64,000 bases of DNA from an uncultured Rikenellaceae bacterium (GTDB lineage Bacteria > Bacteroidota > Bacteroidia > Bacteroidales > VadinHA17). The translations under genes were made by a program, and so were the position numbers. The stretch lies in NCBI GenBank assembly GCA_964612275.1, contig CAZTES010000001.1, positions 22,633 to 86,632 on the forward strand, in the 5' to 3' direction. The notes under the pieces are model-generated. The model was not told the origin of the DNA and ran no database searches. It worked only from the letters and a program-made list of their open reading frames with translations. Below, in pieces: positions 47,031-55,839 of this stretch (its first letter is position 1; each line of letters begins with the position of its first letter).

Positions 47031-47918
47031 TTAAAAAAACGAGATCTCTGTTTTCTTGCCCGTCCTGAATGATTCAATGTCTGATAACAAATGATTTGCC
47101 AGCCGGCTTGCCCCGAAACGAAAAAGGGATGGTGTTATCCATTCATTTCCCAGCATGTTCGCAACGATAGCCAGAAAAGGAAGAGCCTCTGAAGAAGCAG
47201 AAATGCCACCGGCGGGTTTAATGCCTACCCTTTTCCCTGTTGCGGAATAGTAATCACCGATCGCTCTACACATCACAGCCACTGCCTCAGTTGTTGCAGC
47301 AGGCTGAAATTTTCCGGTGGACGTCTTGATGAAATCCGCACCCGATTCCATGGCAACCATACTGGCCATATAGATGTTCGCATGGGACGATAGTGCACCT
47401 GTTTCAAGGATGACTTTCAGGGGGAGTTGCTTCACGATCCGCTTCATCTCTTTTAATTCTTTTTCTACAACTGAAATATTTGATTCCAGGAATTTCCCCA
47501 CAGAGAGAACAACATCGATCTCCTCCGCTCCGCTTTCAATCGCCATTTCAATCTCGGCTAATTTTATCTTTAGAAAGGTCTGGGAGGAGGGAAACCCTCC
47601 GGCCACGGAAGCAATTTTTACGCCTGGAACAGCAAGAACATCCCGGACAAGGGAGACCAGTGACGGATAGACACAGATTGCGGCGATATGGGGTATATCC
47701 GGGAAACGACCGGGGAAATGGTTCACTTTTTCACAGAGGGACCGGATTGTATTCTCCGTATCGGTCGTATTTAACGTGGTCAGATCCAGTAAACTGAAAA
47801 TGGTCTTTAATCCGCTGGGATGATTATACGGTCCGGTGGATGAAATGGCAGAATCCACAATTTGTTTGACCGATTGATCCGAAATTTTTTTCCTGTATTT
47901 TTCCTCTTTTTTATCCAT
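47031..47918 (-). CDS. deoC: Deoxyribose-phosphate aldolase
   Basis: LDLTTLNTTDT, ICVYPSLV, EIDVVLSVG, the Schiff-base Lys context DFIKTSTGK, and GIKPAGGI. Confidence 0.85.
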   Translation of the reverse strand: MDKKEEKYRKKISDQSVKQIVDSAISSTGPYNHPSGLKTIFSLLDLTTLNTTDTENTIRSLCEKVNHFPGRFPDIPHIAAICVYPSLVSLVRDVLAVPGVKIASVAGGFPSSQTFLKIKLAEIEMAIESGAEEIDVVLSVGKFLESNISVVEKELKEMKRIVKQLPLKVILETGALSSHANIYMASMVAMESGADFIKTSTGKFQPAATTEAVAVMCRAIGDYYSATGKRVGIKPAGGISASSEALPFLAIVANMLGNEWITPSLFRFGASRLANHLLSDIESFRTGKKTEISFF

Positions 47919-47990
47919 TGTATGGGCGTATGCTGGTTGGTGTATCTTTATTGTAATTTCTGCCGGTAAACATAGCGATCGACATTGGAA

Positions 47991-49400
47991 TTATCTCTTT
48001 CCTGTATCTTCATCCGGAGGTGTTTTCCCTCTTGCTATGGAGGCAAAGATACCACCAAAACAGAGAATTGAAAAGATTAGAAATGCCATTTTCACACTCG
48101 ATAAAAATTCTGTATAGTTGGATGGATTGATTTCAGCCCGGCCAATAAACAGGGAGAACAGCATCATGGCAATGCCCATACTAAACATCTGCCCGACAGC
48201 CCGCATGGTTGCCTGGGTGCCGGATGCAACACCCAGGAATTTTTTTTCCACAGAATTCATGATTGCATTTACATTGGGTGAGGAGAAAAGCGCAAAACCT
48301 GTCCCAAGGATCATGAGATTGATAATGATTACCAGTGTGGTGGTGTCAGCGGTGAGAAAGACCAACAGGAATAGCCCCACCATGGATAGTCCCATACCAA
48401 TGGAAGCAACGATCCTGGATTCAATTTTATCGGAAAGCTTCCCCGAGAACGGGGAAAGTATTGCCATAATAATTGGCTGGGAGACAAGTACCAATCCTGC
48501 CCCCTGAGGCGGGAGATCTTTGATATATTGCAGGTATAGGCTCAATAAAAAACCGGTAGCAAAGGTCGCTGCATAGTTTATTAATGCAGCCAGATTTGAG
48601 AATGCAAAAATCCGATTATACCGGAATAAATTGATTTCCAGAACTGGATATGCCGACCGCTTTTCGACCCGGAAGAATCCGATGAACACCACCAGACCGG
48701 AAATAATAAATAGCCAGCCCAGCCATTTCGGGAGTAGTGTAAATCCATACATCAACAGAAAAAGGGCCGCTCCATACAAGATGCTGCCCCGCCAGTCGAA
48801 TCGTTCTTTGTCTGCATCAGCCCACTCCTGTTTGAGCATGATCAAAATCAGGACAATGGCAGATAGTCCGATCGGTACAAGAACAAGAAAAATGCTTTGC
48901 CAGCCAAGATGTTGGGTCAGTAATCCTCCGGCAAACGGCCCGAACGATAATCCGATATAGACTGCTGAAACGTTGATTCCCAAGGGCCTGCCACGTTCTC
49001 CGGGAGGATAAACAGACGTGATAATCGCCGTGCTGGTGCTGAAGATCATGGAGCTCCCAAGGCCCTGTAATACCCGGAAGGCGATCAGTTGATGAATGGT
49101 GGCTGAGAGAGCACACAGAATGGAGCTGGTGATGAACAGGGATAGGCCGATGGTATAGATCTTTTTTCTACCCACGATATCGGCCAGCTTCCCCAGGGGA
49201 ACAAGGAAAATCGCTGCAGAAAGGATATAGGAAGTGGCCACCCAGGAAAGTTGAACAGCATTGGCGTGAAACTCTTCACCAATCGTGGGTAATGCCACGT
49301 TAATTGCCGAACCCATAAACGGGGTCATGAACGATGCAATAATGGCAATGGATAAAGCGGTTCGTTTAATCGATCTGTCGGGAAAATCTTGGTGAATCAT
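47991..49400 (-). CDS. MFS transporter, DHA2 (EmrB/QacA-like, 14-TM) drug:H+ antiporter type
   Basis: GKLADIVGRKKIY (MFS motif A), LQGLGSSMIFSTS, and about 14 hydrophobic segments. Confidence 0.85.
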   Translation of the reverse strand: MIHQDFPDRSIKRTALSIAIIASFMTPFMGSAINVALPTIGEEFHANAVQLSWVATSYILSAAIFLVPLGKLADIVGRKKIYTIGLSLFITSSILCALSATIHQLIAFRVLQGLGSSMIFSTSTAIITSVYPPGERGRPLGINVSAVYIGLSFGPFAGGLLTQHLGWQSIFLVLVPIGLSAIVLILIMLKQEWADADKERFDWRGSILYGAALFLLMYGFTLLPKWLGWLFIISGLVVFIGFFRVEKRSAYPVLEINLFRYNRIFAFSNLAALINYAATFATGFLLSLYLQYIKDLPPQGAGLVLVSQPIIMAILSPFSGKLSDKIESRIVASIGMGLSMVGLFLLVFLTADTTTLVIIINLMILGTGFALFSSPNVNAIMNSVEKKFLGVASGTQATMRAVGQMFSMGIAMMLFSLFIGRAEINPSNYTEFLSSVKMAFLIFSILCFGGIFASIARGKTPPDEDTGKR

Positions 49401-49439
49401 ATTGCTTTTTTACACGGATGGCAGGTCGGGTAACATGAA

Positions 49440-49892
49440 CTATTCTCTGTTTTTCGTATCAATCCATATCGTTACCGGACCATCATTGATGAGGTTGATC
49501 TGCATGTATGCTCCAAACTCCCCGGTCTTTACCGTTTTTCCCAACATCAAACCCAGTTGTTTTACAAACGATTCGTATAGCGGAATGGCCAATTCCGGTT
49601 TTGCAGCCCTGATGTAGGAGGGACGATTTCCTTTTTTAGTCCTGGCATGCAGTGTAAACTGACTCACTGCCAGTGCTTCTCCATCGACTTCCGTAATGGA
49701 TACATTCATGATCCCCTGCTCATCGTCAAAAATTCGAAGCTGGGCAATCTTCCGGCACAACCAGGCTACATCTTCCATATTATCTTCAATTTCAATACCA
49801 AGCAGGATCAACAAACCGGGACCAATTTCCGATTTAATATCTCCTTCAATACTGACCGAAGCCTGGGTTACCCGTTGTATAACTGCTCGCAT
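49440..49892 (-). CDS. dtd: D-aminoacyl-tRNA deacylase
   Basis: MRAVIQRVTQASVSIEG..., SQFTLHARTKKGNRPSY and GEFGAYMQINLINDGPVT. Confidence 0.95.
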   Translation of the reverse strand: MRAVIQRVTQASVSIEGDIKSEIGPGLLILLGIEIEDNMEDVAWLCRKIAQLRIFDDEQGIMNVSITEVDGEALAVSQFTLHARTKKGNRPSYIRAAKPELAIPLYESFVKQLGLMLGKTVKTGEFGAYMQINLINDGPVTIWIDTKNRE

Positions 49893-49928
49893 AGGTTAAT
49901 CATTTACTGTTTTACGGATCGTTTGGTT

Positions 49929-51692
49929 TCACTTTGCAGGCAGTGCTGCTGTGGTAAATAAACGGGGGTGAAGGTCGTCAAACTCGGTTTCCTGCTGATA
50001 CAGCGCTGCAACCGCCAGAATGGTCGCCTCATCAAAAAGATTGCCGATAAACGAAATGCTGGTTGGGGTTCCTCGCTGGTTAAATCCATTGGGAACCACG
50101 ACAACCGGATGACCGGTGAGATTGGTTATAAGAAGCTGGTTTCCGCCATAGCTGGGTGTAACGATGAGGTCGTATTGTGACATCAGTTCCTGCATCTCCT
50201 GGATGAGCAGATAACGAATCCGGTTTGCCTGAATGTATTCAACGGCAGGGATAAATCGTGCCTGCCGGAACAGGTTGGGCCAGGCTCCACGGTTTTGACG
50301 AACAAGCAGCGTATCCCGGTTGGACCGGGTAAGCTCATCAAATGCTGCAGCAGCCTCCGCATTCAGAATGATTTGCATGGAGGAGACAGGCAGCGTATCG
50401 GGGAAGGAGACGGGAGTGAGCCGGGCTCCCATCTTTCTCAGTACTGCAAGGGTTTTTTTATCGTTCTTTTTTGTTGAGTAATCTGCATCGAACGCTTCTT
50501 TAAAATAGCCGATTTTCAGCTCTTCAAAATTGGGAGTGGATTTGTAATTGAATGGCAGATCAACCAGGGTCTGATCGATACCGTCCGGGCCGATTATGGC
50601 CTGGAATACCAGGGCACAGTCAGCAGCATTTCTGCAGATCGGTCCAATCTTATCCATGGTCCAGCTCAATGCCATAGCTCCGGTTCTGCTTACCCGGCCA
50701 TACGTTGGTCTGAGGCCCGAGGTTCCACAGCGTGTTGATGGAGAAACGATGGAACCAAGAGTTTCCGTTCCTATGGAAAAGGGGACCAAACCGGCAGCAG
50801 TTGCTGAGGCTGAACCGGCAGAAGAACCGCTGGAGCCCTGCTGGAGATCCCACGGATTTCGGGTAGTATCGGCATACCAGACATCTCCCATGGCCAAAGC
50901 CCCCATGGATAATTTAGCGACCAGCACGGCACCTGCTTCTTCCAGTTTCTTTACAACTGTTGCCGTTTCATGAATGACTTGATCCTGAAAGGGTGTTGCA
51001 CCCCAGGTCGTTTTATATCCCTCCACGGCAAGCAGGTCCTTCACACCATAGGGAATACCATGAAGAGGACCCCTGTATTTACCCTGAGCAATCTCCGCAT
51101 CTGCACGTGTCGCTTGCGCAAGGGCTAAATCTTCTGTCAGGGTGATAACACAATGAAGGGTATCCCCGTAACGTTTCAGACGATCTAAGAAAAACCGGGT
51201 CAATTCAAGGGATGTGATTCTTTGGTTTTTTACCAGCTGTGCCAGTTCCGCCACACGATAAAAAGCAAGATCATTTCTGTTTTCCGGCAAAGAAACATCT
51301 TCCGGTAAGCCCCATTCAATCGGTTCCTGGTGTTGAGGGAAAGTGGCTCCGATTGGAATAGGATTGAACTGGATCGCCGGAGGAATGCTGTTATCCAGAG
51401 GAAAGGAGCGAAGTGCACTGTATAATTGCGCATAATATGCAAGGCCGCCTGCTATCTGATCCCTCTCCTGCTGGTCAAACTGCAACCCCATATGATTTTC
51501 TGCTTCAAGGATGACCGTGTCGGAAAATCGTGTGTAGGTTTCCGTTCCACCGGAATCCGCTGTTGAATCACGGTTACAGGCATGGACCACAATGAAAAAA
51601 AACACCAGGAGTGGCATGGAACTGTTCACAAGAAATTTGTAAAAAGGGGTAAGGGAACGATTCATGATCATCGGTTTGTTGTTATCCTTCAC
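49929..51692 (-). CDS. Amidase-signature (AS) family amidase, probably exported/lipoprotein
   Basis: AS motif GSSGSSAGSASATAAG, with a Lys and Ser-cisSer context. Met-8 or Met-10 (starts 51671/51665) give a signal/lipobox N-terminus (…LLVFFFIVVHAC) and remove the 11-nt overlap with pfp. Confidence 0.85.
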   Translation of the reverse strand: MKDNNKPMIMNRSLTPFYKFLVNSSMPLLVFFFIVVHACNRDSTADSGGTETYTRFSDTVILEAENHMGLQFDQQERDQIAGGLAYYAQLYSALRSFPLDNSIPPAIQFNPIPIGATFPQHQEPIEWGLPEDVSLPENRNDLAFYRVAELAQLVKNQRITSLELTRFFLDRLKRYGDTLHCVITLTEDLALAQATRADAEIAQGKYRGPLHGIPYGVKDLLAVEGYKTTWGATPFQDQVIHETATVVKKLEEAGAVLVAKLSMGALAMGDVWYADTTRNPWDLQQGSSGSSAGSASATAAGLVPFSIGTETLGSIVSPSTRCGTSGLRPTYGRVSRTGAMALSWTMDKIGPICRNAADCALVFQAIIGPDGIDQTLVDLPFNYKSTPNFEELKIGYFKEAFDADYSTKKNDKKTLAVLRKMGARLTPVSFPDTLPVSSMQIILNAEAAAAFDELTRSNRDTLLVRQNRGAWPNLFRQARFIPAVEYIQANRIRYLLIQEMQELMSQYDLIVTPSYGGNQLLITNLTGHPVVVVPNGFNQRGTPTSISFIGNLFDEATILAVAALYQQETEFDDLHPRLFTTAALPAK

Positions 51693-52893
51693 TGGCCATC
51701 AGGAAGAATGGTTTCATCTCAAAGCTATGATAAAATGGCCGCAAGCGTTCTGTATTGTAATTCTCTTTAACGATCACTATTTTTTTGTGACTGATCACCA
51801 CATCCAGCGGAACATTATCATATCGTCCATTTTTCAGAACGACCAATCGCCCATGGATCCCTTTCAGGATAAGATCGAGGGCGAGATTTCCATAGGCCAT
51901 GGGGACAATAGAGTCCACCGCATCCGGGTCACCACCACGCACCATGTACCCCAATTTCTGGTTGATGATATTGATGGTTTTTCCTTTGTTGAATTGGGCA
52001 GAACGACTCTTCAATTCTGATGAAACGAGATCACCAATACCACCCAGCTTCGAGTGTCCGTATGCATCTTTTTCAGCATTCTGGAAAATCATTTCGCTAC
52101 CCTTGAACATGGCCCCTTCAGAAACGAGCACCACAGAATATTTGCTTGGATTTTGGTTCCTGTCTTCCACCAGCAACTTTGTCAGCAATTCAATGTCGAA
52201 TTTATGTTCCGGGATCACACAGCGATTTGCAGCCCCGGCCATCGTTGGCAACATGGCGGTAAATCCGGCATAACGTCCGAAGACTTCCATAACCATCAGG
52301 CGTTCATGTGATCCTGCAGATGTGCGGAGGCTGTTTGTCATCATGATTGTACGGGTTACACAGGTACTGAAACCAATGCAATAGTCGGTTCCCGGAACAT
52401 CATTGTCCATGGTTTTTGGAATGGCAACCACACGAACTCCTTCTTTGTAAAGCCTGACACCATAGCTTAATGTATCATCCCCTCCTATGGGAATCAGGTA
52501 ATCAATATCCAGCCAGCTCAGGTTCTTAATGACTTCCTCGGTCAGGTCGTTGTATTTGTCCTTATATTTCTCTTTCAGGTGTTCCGGAATATCGGCCTGC
52601 TTCATGTGACTTGGACGAGTACGGGATGAGTGCAGAAAAGTCCCCCCAGTACGTCCGGCTTTGTTTACAATATCATCTGTCAGGATTATATAACAATTGC
52701 TGTTATCTGCTTTTTTGTCTCGGATCAGTTCTGTAATTCCAGCCCAGCCCCGCCGCAGCCCGATCACCTGATACCCTTCACGATTCGCCCGGATAGTGAC
52801 TGCCCGGATAGCAGGATTCAACCCGGGAACATCTCCACCTCCGGTTAGTATTCCAATTACTCCTTTTCTTTTTTCGTTCCTAATTTGTGTCAT
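51682..52893 (-). CDS. pfp: 6-phosphofructokinase, probably pyrophosphate-dependent (PPi-PFK)
   Basis: GILTGGGDVPGLNPAIR, IGGDDTLSYG and PKTMDNDV. Asp and Lys occupy the positions equivalent to E. coli PfkA Gly104/Gly124, which is the PPi-PFK signature. Confidence 0.8.
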   Translation of the reverse strand: MTQIRNEKRKGVIGILTGGGDVPGLNPAIRAVTIRANREGYQVIGLRRGWAGITELIRDKKADNSNCYIILTDDIVNKAGRTGGTFLHSSRTRPSHMKQADIPEHLKEKYKDKYNDLTEEVIKNLSWLDIDYLIPIGGDDTLSYGVRLYKEGVRVVAIPKTMDNDVPGTDYCIGFSTCVTRTIMMTNSLRTSAGSHERLMVMEVFGRYAGFTAMLPTMAGAANRCVIPEHKFDIELLTKLLVEDRNQNPSKYSVVLVSEGAMFKGSEMIFQNAEKDAYGHSKLGGIGDLVSSELKSRSAQFNKGKTINIINQKLGYMVRGGDPDAVDSIVPMAYGNLALDLILKGIHGRLVVLKNGRYDNVPLDVVISHKKIVIVKENYNTERLRPFYHSFEMKPFFLMASEG

Positions 52894-52979
52894 TTGTTCC
52901 TATATTTTTTATTTTTTTCGATTTATAGGCATACATTCTGGTTGAAAAGCCGGATAAAAGTATTAAAAAAACCAGTTCA

Positions 52980-53621
52980 TTATCCCTCCATGCCGGAATC
53001 CTGCCATTGCTGATGTTCTCCTTTCCACTTTTTCAACCCCATGATGAAAAAGAAAATGCCGGATAGAAATGTCAATGTCAGAATACCAAAATGAACGGGA
53101 AGCAGAATAGACAGATGACCGATTTTGGTCTGTATGCTGCGAATTTTTGACTGCAGGATCTTCAGGTCCTGGTCTTTCTGGTTGAATGACCGGATTCGTT
53201 CCATCAACCGGTTTGATTTTTCGGTAAAGAGTTGATTCAATGAATCGATCTTTCTTTCATCTGCCATGATTCCGTGGTTATATAAATACTGGATGGTATC
53301 CAGGAGATGGGGCTCTTTTGCGGCCCTGTTCATCAATGCATTGATGGAATCATTTACTGTAGATGAATGATTAATCAGCCGGTTGATCTCATTGTTGGTC
53401 TGCGTCACCTCGGTATGCAGGTCGTTCATCTGCTCTTTTGACAGTCCGTGTTCCATGGACAGTACTTCTGCCTCGGCTTCTTTTGCCTCCTTCTCCTGAA
53501 TCAGGTCCACTCGCTTTACCAGTAACGATTCAATGCGCATGGGCATATACGAGATGCTGAAAAGAAGGAGAATGAAACCGATCAGTGTATTAAAAGGATG
53601 TCTGTTCAAAACAATATTCAT
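52980..53621 (-). CDS. Hypothetical membrane protein: two TM helices flanking a coiled-coil segment
   Basis: An N-terminal helix (LIGFILLLFSISYM) and a C-terminal helix (ILTLTFLSGIFFFIMGL) flank a ~150-aa heptad-rich middle. I recognise no family. Confidence 0.5.
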   Translation of the reverse strand: MNIVLNRHPFNTLIGFILLLFSISYMPMRIESLLVKRVDLIQEKEAKEAEAEVLSMEHGLSKEQMNDLHTEVTQTNNEINRLINHSSTVNDSINALMNRAAKEPHLLDTIQYLYNHGIMADERKIDSLNQLFTEKSNRLMERIRSFNQKDQDLKILQSKIRSIQTKIGHLSILLPVHFGILTLTFLSGIFFFIMGLKKWKGEHQQWQDSGMEG

Positions 53622-53714
53622 GATATCCGGCTTTTTATGGAAGGCGTTGGTGGAGAATTTGTTTGATCCGATGATCCGTTCATGGCCCCATGATTCTTCG
53701 ACAGGCAGACATTA

Positions 53715-55676
53715 TCACTCCCTGCCCAAATCCAGTGTCATCTTTTTATTCAAGACCCCCCCACGCGTTGATGATATATTGATACTACAGGTTACAGCTT
53801 TTTTCTGGTAAACCCGGACATTAAATGTTGCCTGATTGGTTTCACCTCCGGGTGTAAATCCGCAATCCTTACTTACGGATCGTTGATTACGGGAGGACCG
53901 TCCGGAATACCAGGTACGGTTTTCGTCGGAATCTTCTTCTTTCTTTAATATCTTTAATACCGGTTTTTTCCCGGTTACCACTTCCTTTTCAAATTCAAGG
54001 GTAACCTGGTCTTCCCGAACGATCTTCACCAGGTGTGCCTGTTTCAATGCGGTAGGTAATTTCCCGGTATTCCGAAATGAAACGGTGATCTGAAAATCGG
54101 TTGAATCATTGCCATAGGATTCAATCTTTTCGAGGACGAGATCGTTCCATGCGAGGCAGGGCAGATGTTTTACCATTTCGAGGTTGAACAATGCCTGATT
54201 TTTTGCCCAGGGCAGGAGTTCTTTTGGCGGGGGATTCTGGGAAAAGAATTTTGGATGAAAACCACCGATTTCAGCTTCTCCGTGAACGGGATGTACAAAT
54301 GGTTTCCATTCGGTAAATCCTATGCCGTCGTTTTCTTCATCGTCCCATCGGAGAAGATCCAGCTGGTCTATGTCATCGTCCCCGTCATAATCTTTATACC
54401 TTCCTCCGTTCCATAATTCATCGCCGTACCAGATCGCACCGAAATACCAGTATCCAAAATCGGGACCATGACCAAAGAGCGGATTTCCATGGCCGTAATC
54501 CTGGTAGACATCTCCGGCTCTTTCATAACCGGTAATTCCCTTTCCAATGCTATCAAAGTATTCATACCACTCCAGGTCTTCCAGGTACATTCTTTCTTCG
54601 GATGGAGAGGTTGACGGAGCGCGCAGATGCATGGGCACTCGTGTATCCATAGAATTTACAACATAAACATTCGGATGGCTTAACAGGAATGTTACGACTG
54701 ACCGGGTTTCAATCTCGCTGAGCGGATATTCCCCGGCGCCACGCTGAGTGAAACCACGGCCGGTAGCCTCGACATGCTGTTCCGGCCTCCAGTTTTCCGG
54801 GTAATTCCTGTGGAGGTCCAGTCCGCCGATACCGTCTTCATTCACCCTGCCATCCCCATCATTATCAATTCCTTCCGATTCCATTATATAGGTCCCTTCC
54901 CCTTCCGGGGCCCTCATCATGAGCCTGCCACTTGGATCATCCGGATCGGGCTTCATATTGCCCTTTTTTTTATCTTTCCAGCGCACGTTGAGTACAACCC
55001 CGTCTCCATCGAGGTCCTCCGGAGAGTCTTCATCGATAAGGCCATCCCGGTCATTGTCCGTTGGCCTTACGGTGCTGCGGTTACTCTGTGCTGTATGCAT
55101 ATAGAGGGTATGTCCGTCCGGATTGTTAATGGGACGGGCATAGATGGTTTTCGTGTCCAGCATGTCTGTTATTTCCGCAACGTTACCGTATTGTTCGAGC
55201 AGATACTGGATCATCCAGAGAACGGATTCTGCACTGGTTACCTCACCACTATGACGATTTCCCTCAAAAAAGACAGCCGGTTTGTCGGTATCTTTTCCCG
55301 ATCGCTTATTGGTAATGGTTACCTGAAGGATGGGCCTGCCCTCAAAACTTTCAGCCACCGTATACAGGTCAACCAGATCAGGGTACTCCTCGGCCCATCG
55401 TTTGAGCCAGGTGGTAAACACATCAGCCGAATGAAAGCGGTCAAACGTGAGTTGATCGGATGCCTCATACTCAACCTCGGGATACCTGACCTGAGGGAAA
55501 AAACTGACACCATGCCGCTCTCCTTTGACCGTATACCAAAGTGTATCCTGATCCGACTCAGGCCAGCTCTCCTGGTGCAAAAGGAGGTAACCCTGGGCTG
55601 ACGAAGTGGAGGAAAACAATAAGATACAGGATAGCATCATGAACAATCCGGAAGGAAGAAAGAGGTTCTTTTTCAT
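53715..55676 (-). CDS. Secreted M14-family zinc carboxypeptidase with C-terminal extension
   Basis: Signal peptide. M14 zinc motif H-x-x-E in PAVFFEGNRHSGEVTSAE. An Asp/Gly-rich calcium-binding-like insert (DNDRDGLIDEDSPEDLDGDG, DNDGDGRVNEDG). Confidence 0.8.
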   Translation of the reverse strand: MKKNLFLPSGLFMMLSCILLFSSTSSAQGYLLLHQESWPESDQDTLWYTVKGERHGVSFFPQVRYPEVEYEASDQLTFDRFHSADVFTTWLKRWAEEYPDLVDLYTVAESFEGRPILQVTITNKRSGKDTDKPAVFFEGNRHSGEVTSAESVLWMIQYLLEQYGNVAEITDMLDTKTIYARPINNPDGHTLYMHTAQSNRSTVRPTDNDRDGLIDEDSPEDLDGDGVVLNVRWKDKKKGNMKPDPDDPSGRLMMRAPEGEGTYIMESEGIDNDGDGRVNEDGIGGLDLHRNYPENWRPEQHVEATGRGFTQRGAGEYPLSEIETRSVVTFLLSHPNVYVVNSMDTRVPMHLRAPSTSPSEERMYLEDLEWYEYFDSIGKGITGYERAGDVYQDYGHGNPLFGHGPDFGYWYFGAIWYGDELWNGGRYKDYDGDDDIDQLDLLRWDDEENDGIGFTEWKPFVHPVHGEAEIGGFHPKFFSQNPPPKELLPWAKNQALFNLEMVKHLPCLAWNDLVLEKIESYGNDSTDFQITVSFRNTGKLPTALKQAHLVKIVREDQVTLEFEKEVVTGKKPVLKILKKEEDSDENRTWYSGRSSRNQRSVSKDCGFTPGGETNQATFNVRVYQKKAVTCSINISSTRGGVLNKKMTLDLGRE

Positions 55677-55839
55677 CGCATTATTTTTTTTGCTTGAAAG
55701 TAATCATTTTTGGCGAAGAGACAGAATGGAAATCAAATAAATTGTATGCAAATCATTTGATTCCATTTCATGATCGCCGGATTGATTAATTTTGGTATTT
55801 TTGAATTTTTAAAACAGGAATGCCAGTGATCTGCCTGTC

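Noticed and set aside
54774-55601. 275-aa + strand ORF inside the M14 carboxypeptidase gene
   Set aside because: It is fully antisense to a gene with clear family motifs. Its composition is odd (Pro/Arg/Ile/Phe-rich) and I recognise no family, so it is a shadow ORF.
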